Shown: positions 51,243 to 59,473 of the stretch, piece by piece
Numbering within the stretch: the stretch's first letter is position 1
How the letters are laid out: each line of letters starts with the position of its first letter
Origin: Candidatus Moraniibacteriota bacterium
GTDB taxonomy: Bacteria > Patescibacteriota > Minisyncoccia > Moranbacterales > UBA1568
Assembly: GCA_903893925.1 (NCBI GenBank)
Contig: CAITOC010000010.1
Coordinates: 1 to 59,473 of the forward strand
Length of the DNA stretch: 59,473 bases
Direction of reading: 5' to 3'
Program-made: the position numbers and the translations under genes
The notes under the pieces: generated by a model
Told to the model about the DNA's origin: nothing
Seen by the model: only the letters and a program-made list of their open reading frames with translations
The model's database searches: none

Positions 51243-53711
51243 TCAATAGGCCGAGCCCTCCGTCTCGTCGAATTCCTTCTTCGCCGCTTCGATCTCAAGC
51301 ATCTGGCGCGGATCGGTGGTGATGACTTGATCTTCGCTATAGGAGGCGATGACCTTGATCGCGACATGCTTCGTTCCCGCAAAGAAGATGCCTTCGCCCA
51401 CATTCGACTCGAGCAGGAGGAATTTTTCATGATCGGTCAGGTAGAACGTCTCGGCGATGAGATCGACCGAGGACGGCGACTGTTTCATAAGGAGTTGGAT
51501 CGACGAGTTCGTGACGATCGGCTTGCCATAGCGTGACGACATGAAGTCGCCGATATCCTGGGTGATAGTCGTCAGACCCGCATAGTATTTGCGACACCGC
51601 TTGGCGATACCGAACATGAAGGCGGCCGCATCCTCGTTTTGCATCATGATCCAGGCCTCGTCGACCACGATCATCCGCCGTTTGGTCTCGGCACGGATCT
51701 CGTTCCAGATGAACTGCAAGATGACATACATGGCGATCGGACGAAGTTCGTTTTCGAGATCGCGGATATTGAACACGACCATCTGATTGTCCATAGAGAC
51801 ATTCGTCTGATGGTTGAGGAACCCGCCGAACACCCCGTCGGTATACCGTTCCAGACGCATCGCGAGCGACTCGCCTCCCTCGAGGTTGCGCAGTACGGAA
51901 TAAAGATCGGACATGGTCGGGAACGATGTCGCGGTAAGCGCCCGAAAATCCGAAAGTTCGGTGATGTCGCGGATCGCGTATGTCTCACGGATCGCACGGT
52001 CAAGGACGGAATCCTCTTCCGGCGACACCGCCCCGAGCATGAGGTGCAGGAGACCGATCAGGTTGGCGATATGACTTCGGAACACGCCTTCGTCATCGTC
52101 ATTCTTGTTGATCTTCGGGAGGTCGAACGGATTCAAGTGTGCGTCGGATGAAAGCGATATCCCGAGGAATACGCCACCGACGGTATCGCACAAATGTTGA
52201 TATTCATTCTCCGGATCGATGATGATCACGTTGGTACCGAACATCATGGATCGCAATACCTCGAGCTTGATCGTATAGCTTTTTCCGGCACCGGACTTCG
52301 CGAAAACGACCATGTTCGCATTCTCCATCTTGAATCGGTCGAACAAGACGAGTGAATTGTTGTGACGATTGATGCCATAGAGAATTCCCTCGTTCGACGA
52401 GAGATCGGACGAGACGAACGGGAATGTCGTCGACAAGGGTGCGGTATTGAGGTTGTTCGCGATATCGAGCGTGTCCATACCCAAAGGCCGGGTCGAGACG
52501 AATCCCTGATCCATCCGCAACACGGCCGGCTTCGAGAAGACCAATTGGGCCTCAAGGATAGCCTCGATTCCCTGTGAGAGCTCATTAAGTGCCTTCTCAT
52601 CTTTCGCGTAAACGGTCATATAGACCCCGAAACGGAAGAATTTTTCCGTTCCCTGCTGGAGACTGTCGCGGAGTTCCTCGATATTTTGCAGTGCCGATTC
52701 GAGGACGGGATCGCGGATCTTCCCATCTTGAGATTCAATGGAGATTTGTGACTGGACCTGGGTCGCGGACCGGCGCAAGTCCTTCATGATCTCGCGCGTG
52801 TCGATCGGATGGATAAAGAACGAGATGTCCATCGGCGCATCCATATTGATGATGGACGAAAACCAGTTCGTTCCGAGGTATTTCGGATACGCCACGATGA
52901 AAAGCGTCCGGGCAAGCACGTCACCGACCTGTATGGAGGCTGGGGACAATCGGATAGCGGGCGGAGCAATCAGATCCTTCAAGGTCGCGATGCCCTGATT
53001 ATAGAGATCGCTGCTCTCGGAATGCTGTGTATTTCCGGGAAGCGAAAAGGTCGGCAGACCGAAACGCTTCGAAGCCGCTGATTTGGCTTTTTGAGCAACC
53101 AGTTGAGGCGCGACATACGACTCATGTGGCGTACTCGGTGGGGCGGACTGAGCAGTGGACTCCGTAAAACGTTCCGATGCAGCCATCGGAGGCTCATGAG
53201 TAATCGACGTTTGGGTATTCCATGCACCATATTTCGGAGCCGTCTCTTTGCCGGTTGGACCCGATACCATCGGTGCGGCTACCGACGAAGCAGGAACAGT
53301 GGGATTGGGAGCGACATACGCGGGAGCCGGGGAAGAAACAGGGCTCGCGGGAGCGAAAGCGGCATACGGATCGACGGCAGTGACCGGAGGCACATACCCG
53401 GTCGAACCAGAAGAACCGGTTTGCGGTGAAGCGTTCCCTCCCGTGGCGGATGACTGCAAACGATTTCCATTATCGGAAGCGCCTCCATACGGGTTTGCTG
53501 GCGGAAAGAACGGGTCCTGCGAACCGAAACCGGACGAATCTGCGGTCGGAAAAAATCCGGAGAGTCCCAAGACATGGGTTTCCTGAACTGGATGAGCAAC
53601 CGGCCCCGTGGAAACAGTGCTGACTGGAACGACACTTTCACGCACGGAAGACTCCGCCCGATCAGAATGGCGCTCTTCCCTGTCCGTGAATACGATGCTG
53701 TGCTTTTTCAT
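51243..53711 (-). CDS. virB4: VirB4/TrbE/PrgJ-type T4SS ATPase with ~250-aa P/S/A-rich N-terminal extension
   Basis: ORF trimmed to ATG 53711, 5 nt after the upstream stop. Walker A VVFAKSGAGKSY, IIIDPENEY, Walker B-like MIVVDEAW, ITQD. The N-terminal-domain pattern is IQVGDVLARTLFIVAYP. Confidence 0.85.
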   Translation of the reverse strand: MKKHSIVFTDREERHSDRAESSVRESVVPVSTVSTGPVAHPVQETHVLGLSGFFPTADSSGFGSQDPFFPPANPYGGASDNGNRLQSSATGGNASPQTGSSGSTGYVPPVTAVDPYAAFAPASPVSSPAPAYVAPNPTVPASSVAAPMVSGPTGKETAPKYGAWNTQTSITHEPPMAASERFTESTAQSAPPSTPHESYVAPQLVAQKAKSAASKRFGLPTFSLPGNTQHSESSDLYNQGIATLKDLIAPPAIRLSPASIQVGDVLARTLFIVAYPKYLGTNWFSSIINMDAPMDISFFIHPIDTREIMKDLRRSATQVQSQISIESQDGKIRDPVLESALQNIEELRDSLQQGTEKFFRFGVYMTVYAKDEKALNELSQGIEAILEAQLVFSKPAVLRMDQGFVSTRPLGMDTLDIANNLNTAPLSTTFPFVSSDLSSNEGILYGINRHNNSLVLFDRFKMENANMVVFAKSGAGKSYTIKLEVLRSMMFGTNVIIIDPENEYQHLCDTVGGVFLGISLSSDAHLNPFDLPKINKNDDDEGVFRSHIANLIGLLHLMLGAVSPEEDSVLDRAIRETYAIRDITELSDFRALTATSFPTMSDLYSVLRNLEGGESLAMRLERYTDGVFGGFLNHQTNVSMDNQMVVFNIRDLENELRPIAMYVILQFIWNEIRAETKRRMIVVDEAWIMMQNEDAAAFMFGIAKRCRKYYAGLTTITQDIGDFMSSRYGKPIVTNSSIQLLMKQSPSSVDLIAETFYLTDHEKFLLLESNVGEGIFFAGTKHVAIKVIASYSEDQVITTDPRQMLEIEAAKKEFDETEGSAY

Positions 53712-53715
53712 AGAA

Positions 53716-54402
53716 TCAACGGTTGGAAAGTTCCACTTGATCGATATTTCGCATGATGGTCGTCGTAAAGACCGAAGGATTGTACGTGTTGTACAAAAGT
53801 TCGATAAGCTCCTCGGTGCCAAGCATGCTCGTCCGGACACCGGTACCCGAAAGCGCGGCGGAAACCTGTTCGGCCCGTTGCAAAAGCTGGTTCCGATATG
53901 TCTCGAACTCTCCACCGGGAATCACCGTACCCGTTTTCGGCTGAAGCATTCCGGTCAGCTTCCCTATCAATCCACCATCTTGTGTTTCCGACGGAGCGAA
54001 TGGGATTACGACATAAAAGAATTTCGACATGATATTCGATACCTCGGTCAGGCTTTGCACGAAATTCCGGTACTCCGAGATCTGAAATCGAAGCAGTTCG
54101 TTTTCCTGATGTTTTTCCTGCTCCGCGAGAGACTCAAGGTACGGCTCGATATGAAACCGCCTGGAATGCACCACGATCTGAAGCGGGAAATCGAGCGAGT
54201 TTAGAAATCCTTGATACTGCCCGATGATGGCATCCTGTTCTTCGCTTGATTTAAGATCGAAGTTGATGGAAGAAGCAAGTAAAACACAACGGATCGATCC
54301 GTTGCGAAGCACGATGACGCCGTCGCGTACGTCCTTGACGTCCACGTACTTCTGCGTGCTCGATGCGTCCGACACGGTTTTTTTCGGCGTAAGAAATTCC
54401 AT
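53716..54402 (-). CDS. Stand-alone protein resembling the N-terminal domain of Gram-positive VirB4/TraE ATPases
   Basis: DVKDVRDGVIVLRNGSIRCVLLASSINFDLKSSEEQDAII parallels the N-terminal pattern of VirB4-like proteins (I.dG.i....g.y..ile..pinf.l.seeEq). Confidence 0.5.
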   Translation of the reverse strand: MEFLTPKKTVSDASSTQKYVDVKDVRDGVIVLRNGSIRCVLLASSINFDLKSSEEQDAIIGQYQGFLNSLDFPLQIVVHSRRFHIEPYLESLAEQEKHQENELLRFQISEYRNFVQSLTEVSNIMSKFFYVVIPFAPSETQDGGLIGKLTGMLQPKTGTVIPGGEFETYRNQLLQRAEQVSAALSGTGVRTSMLGTEELIELLYNTYNPSVFTTTIMRNIDQVELSNR

Positions 54403-54585
54403 AGATTCCGTTTATATTCATTTCTTCGTTCCTCAACTCGTGACTTCGTTCCCGTTGTAAGTAATAAGTGGTCAGTTGTCAGTTTTTTGACTTTCGCCCT
54501 CGTAAAGCCTCTCCGACTCGGCCACGGGGCATGTTTTTGACTTGCGACCTTACGGACTTTACAGACCTTGTGGACTTTCAACTCC
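54403..54585 (-). repeat. Oriented intercistronic module (GACTT array + 35-nt conserved hairpin core + GTCAGTT heptamers), copy 1
   Basis: The core 54497-54532 matches 55169-55203 with 3 mismatches by eye. GAC starts fall at 54539, 54546, 54555, 54564 and 54573 (spacing 7, 9, 9, 9). Confidence 0.7.
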
Positions 54586-54978
54586 CTATCGTCCGTCCAT
54601 CATCTTCGCGACTCTCCGTATCTCGTCTTGGGTCACGGTCCTCGCCTGAATTGGAGTCGTCTTCTCCACTCTTTTCATTGCGACCGGAGACGGAATAGCG
54701 GTAGGTCGCCTCCACATGAGCACCTTCGGCCGAAAGAGAAAAAAGAAGGCTTGGATGACATACGAAATGAGCGGCTGACCGTTCGGTCGATAGAAGGCGA
54801 GTAGGACGAACACGATGACGATCGGAACAGCGATAATATACGTTGCCGGTCCGGGAAACAGAACCGAGACGACCAGTATGGCCGCGCCCATTCCCATCAT
54901 CCAGAACAACTGTTTCACCGTAAGCGGTCCGGCAACCTTGTCCTCGACATCTATGAATTGCGGTACATTGAACATCAT
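54586..54978 (-). CDS. PrgI family (VirB3-like) T4SS membrane protein
   Basis: MMFNVPQFIDVEDKVAGPLTVKQLFWMMGMGAA followed by two TM helices, the PrgI N-terminal signature as I recall it. Confidence 0.6.
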   Translation of the reverse strand: MMFNVPQFIDVEDKVAGPLTVKQLFWMMGMGAAILVVSVLFPGPATYIIAVPIVIVFVLLAFYRPNGQPLISYVIQAFFFLFRPKVLMWRRPTAIPSPVAMKRVEKTTPIQARTVTQDEIRRVAKMMDGR

Positions 54979-55002
54979 AACATGAAATCGAATGATGAAG
55001 AT

Positions 55003-55011
55003 ATTGTATCA
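55003..55011 (-). promoter_or_regulatory. Extended -10 box TGATACAAT
   Basis: It lies 24 nt upstream of the PrgI-like ATG (54978). Confidence 0.4.
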
Positions 55012-55120
55012 GTAAACTTTCTCGAATCACCCCGCCGCACACGCTTTACACTTTTTGTTTTTCACTTTCCATTTCCTTATTCCCAATCTTTACTGACTTT
55101 CGACTTTATGGGCTTTTAAC

Positions 55121-55261
55121 GTAGTCTTCATTTCCTCGTCCCCGTTGTCAGTTGTCAGTTCACTCTCGACCCCGTAAACCTCTCCGACTCGGTCACGGGG
55201 CATACTTTCGACTGTATAGACTTTATTAACTTCGTAGACTTTCAACTCTGTTCCCTTGTTC
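55121..55261 (-). repeat. Oriented intercistronic module, copy 2
   Basis: cccgttgtcagttgtcagtt...ccccgtaaacctctccgactcggtcacggggcat...gactgtatagactttattaacttcgtagactttcaactc. GAC/AAC starts fall at 55210, 55219, 55228 and 55237 (9-nt spacing). Confidence 0.7.
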
Positions 55262-56716
55262 CTATCCTCTCAGATCCACCGTCCTTCCCGTGTCATCATC
55301 CGGTTTCTTTTTCTCCTCGCGAATACCAACCGGATGGATATGGAACGGGTTTCTATCCGAGGACGCCAAGGGAATCAGGTTCGCGTTACCGAAAATCGGG
55401 ATCGCCGACGGCAACGTGGGACTGTGTGATAAGGAATCGTCAGCCTCATCCGTCTCAGAATCATGAATCGAAAATTTTCCTTCCTCTGATTCGATCGGGA
55501 GCGCATGACTCGAGGAAAACGAGAATGTTCCGCCGACCGGAAGATCGGGTGGCGGTTCCGGCGCAAAGGAGACGGGACGCCGGACCGGAGCCTGTGGCGG
55601 GGTCGGCAATCCGGCAATCGGAGCAGATGGAGTTGGAGGAGTGACGTTTTGGGAAGGTGCCGGAGCGGAGAACGTCGCTTCTCGTGAAGGAGCGGTATTC
55701 GGAAGGTACGTGGCGACGGTCGGTATCGGCGGAGCGGCAAATACGGGAGTATCATGAAATGGGGATGTCATGGGTCTGATCTGCGAAGGAGGCCTTCGTA
55801 CCGGCACGACGGGCCGTACTGGCACGAAATCGGACTGTGAAGCAGTCATCGGGACAGATGTCGGAACAGGTCTTGGAACAGGGATAGGCGTGACGACAGG
55901 AATTTCCCGAGGTACAGCGACTTGGGCCGGCGCTTTGGGTGCTACGGGTACCGACGCGAATCCCGGGAACACGATTTCCGTTTTTTCCGTATCGATATCG
56001 AGCGGGGCGTTCTCCTCGATCGAACGGAGGATGATATTGATCCGCTCACGTTCTTCCGAAGACAGTCGCTTCCCGTTTTCCGAATCGAAGAGGAACTTCC
56101 CGCGGATCATCGGATCATGATGCCCGACGCCGAGTTCATCGCGATAGACCCGGATCCAGTTCGCCAGGCTCGGCCGAGCCGGTTCCGACTGGTTCCGAAG
56201 CTTGATACGCTCTTTCGTTATTTGTTGCTCCCCGAGTCGCGGGTATTTCCCGATCGCGGACAAAAGCGCCAGACGCTCCATCAGACTGTCAATAATGTTC
56301 GGTTTTTCATTTTTATCTGCGGGCCTCACTGCCAAAATTTCCTTTTGGAACGATTCTATCATTCCCTGAACATTCTGCTGATCGGATTTATTTGCTGAAA
56401 AATGCGAATAAATATTATTTCCACACTCCTGGAGAGACCACTCGTGGAAGTAGAACTTTCGTACCGCTACACTTATATATGCGGTTTCTCCATCAGGAAG
56501 ACCCCACTTCTGCCCATAATTATAAATAGCCTCAGGAATTTCCCTGGCCGTAATAATGTCTTGAATCTCGGGAGGAAGGGAATCATATTTCTCCCATATC
56601 GCATCGTCCTCTTCAGAGGTAGTTCGATACTTTCCATCCCTCTCCGTAACCGAAGCAAGCATCGGAAAATAACACCACTGGTTCTCGTATTCTTTTTTGT
56701 TTATTCCACCATTCAT
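55262..56716 (-). CDS. Hypothetical protein: ~250-aa globular N-terminal part and proline-rich C-terminal half
   Basis: 484-aa ORF located between the VirB6-like and PrgI-like genes. The P-rich tracts read PVAPKAPAQVAVPREIPVVTPIPVPRPVPTSVP... No known domain was recognised. Confidence 0.6.
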   Translation of the reverse strand: MNGGINKKEYENQWCYFPMLASVTERDGKYRTTSEEDDAIWEKYDSLPPEIQDIITAREIPEAIYNYGQKWGLPDGETAYISVAVRKFYFHEWSLQECGNNIYSHFSANKSDQQNVQGMIESFQKEILAVRPADKNEKPNIIDSLMERLALLSAIGKYPRLGEQQITKERIKLRNQSEPARPSLANWIRVYRDELGVGHHDPMIRGKFLFDSENGKRLSSEERERINIILRSIEENAPLDIDTEKTEIVFPGFASVPVAPKAPAQVAVPREIPVVTPIPVPRPVPTSVPMTASQSDFVPVRPVVPVRRPPSQIRPMTSPFHDTPVFAAPPIPTVATYLPNTAPSREATFSAPAPSQNVTPPTPSAPIAGLPTPPQAPVRRPVSFAPEPPPDLPVGGTFSFSSSHALPIESEEGKFSIHDSETDEADDSLSHSPTLPSAIPIFGNANLIPLASSDRNPFHIHPVGIREEKKKPDDDTGRTVDLRG

Positions 56717-56779
56717 ACAAATCTTTTATACAGAGCCAAATTCCATCAACTACAATTTTAACTGTCTTCAAAAACGTTT

Positions 56780-59107
56780 TTATGGATTTAACCCGACCGC
56801 CCTCCAGGCGTGCTTCTGATCACCTTTCAGGTTCTTATAAGCTTCTTGCATATCCTGAATCGACCACTCTCCCGTGGTGTGAAATTTATTCTCTATGTAA
56901 CGTTGTAAATTGGCATTCATCGGCGTACTTTTATCACCATGGAAGTCCTTCATTTTCCCGATATCCGACGCTGTCATTTTATCAAAATGCTCAATATAAA
57001 CATCTTCAACCCTCCTTGTACCAAGATTGTTTGCGATTTCATGATCAATAATCGGCTTCAATCGACCTTCTTTCCTCAGTCTCCCATCGAGCTTTTCTTT
57101 CACCTGAGCCTGAAGGGCCGCGTTTTTCTTGAGCTCGGGCCTATTTAAGAGCGCCGTATACTGCGTCAAATCCATCTTCATCGCATCGCCGTCAACCTTA
57201 TCGAGAAGCGTAGCGATCGATTTGAAATCGTCTCCCAAATTGCCGACTGATTCAACGAGCTTGTCCGCTTGCTGAATAACTTTTTTATCGACCTTACGGA
57301 TAATATCAGCCTTCCCTTCAGGGCTTTTCACGGCCGCGATGGCCGAATCGAGGTCGGCCTGATTGCGGATGGCATCCTTTTTGACAAGCATCCTCGCTGC
57401 TGCCTCTCGCTGCGCCTCCGAAGCCTTCGCATGCGTCGGATGGCTGGGATCAATATATTCACGAAGCTTTGCCTCATCATGTTTCTTCTCCTCGAACTCT
57501 TTCTCAGCTTCTGCGACGTTACGCTTGTGGATTTCGGTAGCAGCACTTGCCTTTCCTGCTTTCAGTCCTTTTTCCGCTATGCTCTTCGCCTTCAATTCCT
57601 GGTCCTTCTTGCGTTCATCGGCCTTACCCATATGCCTGATAACGGCGGCCCCCTTCTCTCCTCCGATATTCTTACCGAAAAGCTGGCCTGACTTCGGAAC
57701 GTTTTTCAACGCCGCACCGGTTCCCTTGGCATATGCGCCTATCCGATTTGCCTGACCGAGTGTCCCCACTTGAAGAGTCGCCTTTCCTCCCCATTTCGCG
57801 GCATTTCTTCCGGTTTTTGAAGCGAATTTCTGCGCGGAGCCGATGACTTTGTCCGCACCCGCAATACCGAAGTTCTTCCCGACGGTGATGGACATCCAGA
57901 TGAAGATAATCGGGACAGCGAAGACGGTCAGGCTTGCCAAATTGACAGACGACGCCAAAGAAGCGGAGTTCTTGGCCGCAATCGCGTCCAAAGCCGTCCG
58001 TGTCGCATTGTCGACTTGGAACGCCTGCATGACCTTCACGGCGACAAGGAGCATGAGCGCGGCCGTCGGTCCGAAGAAGGCATTGGAAAGAAGTTTTTTC
58101 CACCAGTCGCTCGCAAGAGATGCGAACCACGGGATAGCGGTCCCGATAAATCCGATCGGCGAGAAGATCACGAGTGCCAGAAGCGTGATGGCCCGGATAA
58201 ACAGCAGTATCGAAAGCGACATGACGGAAATACCGAAGATGAACACGAAGATCGTCGCCTGTATGATCTGACGAGCCAAATCCGCGCCCCCTTTGAGAGA
58301 ACTGTCGTAACCGGTCACGCTCGGCAGAAGGACCGTCTTGAGCGAAGCGGCGGTAAAAAACGACGACGCCAGCTTGCCTCCTGCACCGGTAGCGCTTCCC
58401 GGGGCGATACTGTTGAGGAAAAAGTACATCGGCACGTTCGCCAGGTCGATGATGAATCGTGACACCGGAAAACTGAAGTTGACGAGAAGCGCCATGAGCA
58501 CGAGTTGCCACAGGAGCTTCTTGTAGTTGTAGGCCTGCACTTGGAATATCGTCGCGAACGCGATGAAGAGGATGATCAGGATGAAGAACAGGTTGAAGAA
58601 GTCCCGTACCATCTTCCACAGATCATAGACCGCTTTGAGATTGAAGAGTCCGGTAAATGCGACCGGATCGAGCACGAACTCAAGCATGGTCGACCCGATA
58701 GAAACAGTGAGTCCGGCGATATTGAATATCGTATACAAAAGAGCATTGAACACCCACATGATACTGTCTCCCAGCGAGCTTACTGCACCGGAGACAGAGG
58801 ACGTTACCGCGCCAGCTATCTCTTGGGCCGTCGATAGGTTTTCGTAGTTATACAAGACACCCGGATATTGAGCGCTGTAGGTAGTGTGACAGGTATTGCT
58901 ACACTCCAATTCCGTCTGTTTCGTCCCGAGATTTTGTATGACGGTACCATTCGCTTGCTTACATATACACGTCCCTGACTTACTAGGATCTGCGGCAGCG
59001 AAAGCAGGCATTGGAGCAATGCCTGCGAAAAGAAAAATGTATGCGAAAAAGAGCACCGAGAGAAAGGCGCCAGCAGGGAAAGAATGAATGTTTTTCTTTT
59101 TTTTCAC
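56780..59107 (-). CDS. VirB6/TrbL-like polytopic T4SS channel candidate with Cys-motif N-terminal head and ~300-aa K/E-rich cytoplasmic tail
   Basis: GTG start at 59107 with a signal-like N-terminus. CICKQANGT..CSNTC motif. About 7-8 TM helices between residues ~100 and 480. A long charged C-terminal region follows. The assignment rests on architecture and context, not a motif. Confidence 0.6.
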   Translation of the reverse strand: MKKKKNIHSFPAGAFLSVLFFAYIFLFAGIAPMPAFAAADPSKSGTCICKQANGTVIQNLGTKQTELECSNTCHTTYSAQYPGVLYNYENLSTAQEIAGAVTSSVSGAVSSLGDSIMWVFNALLYTIFNIAGLTVSIGSTMLEFVLDPVAFTGLFNLKAVYDLWKMVRDFFNLFFILIILFIAFATIFQVQAYNYKKLLWQLVLMALLVNFSFPVSRFIIDLANVPMYFFLNSIAPGSATGAGGKLASSFFTAASLKTVLLPSVTGYDSSLKGGADLARQIIQATIFVFIFGISVMSLSILLFIRAITLLALVIFSPIGFIGTAIPWFASLASDWWKKLLSNAFFGPTAALMLLVAVKVMQAFQVDNATRTALDAIAAKNSASLASSVNLASLTVFAVPIIFIWMSITVGKNFGIAGADKVIGSAQKFASKTGRNAAKWGGKATLQVGTLGQANRIGAYAKGTGAALKNVPKSGQLFGKNIGGEKGAAVIRHMGKADERKKDQELKAKSIAEKGLKAGKASAATEIHKRNVAEAEKEFEEKKHDEAKLREYIDPSHPTHAKASEAQREAAARMLVKKDAIRNQADLDSAIAAVKSPEGKADIIRKVDKKVIQQADKLVESVGNLGDDFKSIATLLDKVDGDAMKMDLTQYTALLNRPELKKNAALQAQVKEKLDGRLRKEGRLKPIIDHEIANNLGTRRVEDVYIEHFDKMTASDIGKMKDFHGDKSTPMNANLQRYIENKFHTTGEWSIQDMQEAYKNLKGDQKHAWRAVGLNP

Positions 59108-59181
59108 ACTCGGGACATCCCCAAAAAATGGAAATGCGTACCATGAAATCGGCGCCGATACGGCTTCCGAATATCATTGGA

Positions 59182-59190
59182 ATAATACCA
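59182..59190 (-). promoter_or_regulatory. Extended -10-like TGGTATTAT upstream of the VirB6-like gene
   Basis: The reverse complement of ataatacca lies about 75 nt upstream of GTG 59107. Confidence 0.3.
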
Positions 59191-59473
59191 CATTACATGA
59201 CATATAAAAAATACGTACGCTAAGCCGTATACTGGATAGACGATGTCCTATCCGATGATCCGCTTATTGAGACGAAGCTCAGAGCAAACCGGACTCGTGA
59301 TCACCTCCCCGTTCCCGTTATACTCAGTCACGTTAGAAACTGAAACCATATCAAATACGTCTGTCTTTGCGAGCCCATCCTCGGGTAGCCTGCCCCGCGT
59401 ATGCCGGGGTGGCAATCCAGAGTCCTAGACCGCTTCTCCGCCAGCTTGCGGACTCGCGGAGACGGAGGGAAGC

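Noticed and set aside
54497-54533. Small ORF starting at the conserved ATGCCCCGTG core of the intercistronic modules (MPR[D/G]RVGE...)
   Set aside because: The two copies diverge by an indel after 9 codons. The differences within those codons are non-synonymous, and there is no RBS. Conservation looks nucleotide- or structure-based.

Overview
The window is 59.5 kb, roughly mid-50s % G+C by eye. Its gene content looks like a reduced-genome Patescibacteria/CPR-type bacterium. That placement is an inference from a ThrRS lacking its N-terminal domain, a short IF-2, DUF4012, a lamin-tail-domain surface protein, T4SS-type pilins and the absence of biosynthetic operons.

Housekeeping genes are thrS, hup, rny, gpmI, clpP, tig, nusA, infB and cca, plus 6 intact tRNAs, none of which encodes CCA. 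They are interleaved with accessory DNA. Many ORF-track starts were trimmed using internal Met/GTG codons, AGGAGG-type RBSs and recurring extended -10 boxes (TG[C/G]TATACT).

Most interesting observations:
1. Two islets sit inside the 3' ends of protein-coding genes (thrS, and the LTD surface-protein gene). Each carries a surrogate in-frame gene terminus with its own terminator, and the displaced original terminus and terminator lie beyond the cargo. The cargo is an AT-rich tail-fibre-like gene plus MNT/HepT in one islet, and an orphan plant-type class II KARI in the other. Neither islet has a recombinase.
2. Four tRNA loci carry duplicated fragments whose breakpoints all fall in the T-loop. 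These fragments are often paired with inverted T-arm copies, so they can fold as long stem-loops. One nearly identical 92-nt module sits at two different tRNA-Gly genes.
3. A minimal Gram-positive-style T4SS-like operon is present: VirB6-like, PrgI/VirB3-like, a VirB4 N-domain paralogue and VirB4. I see no coupling protein or relaxase. It runs into a divergent CPBP-family membrane protein and a 906-aa surface protein with a sorting-signal-like C-terminus.
4. A separate operon encodes four T4SS-type pilin paralogues, one of them a fused double pilin. It is co-oriented with an orphan solute-binding protein and a methyltransferase. A CxCxQA[DN]GT..CxxxC module is shared between the double pilin and the VirB6-like protein.
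5. Several intergenic repeat families are present: a ~90-nt hairpin element, oriented GACTT-array modules, heptanucleotide arrays and long palindromes.
6. There is a promoter- and terminator-bounded two-gene operon of unknown function, and a candidate ~270-nt sRNA.

All family assignments come from motif recognition by eye. No searches were run.
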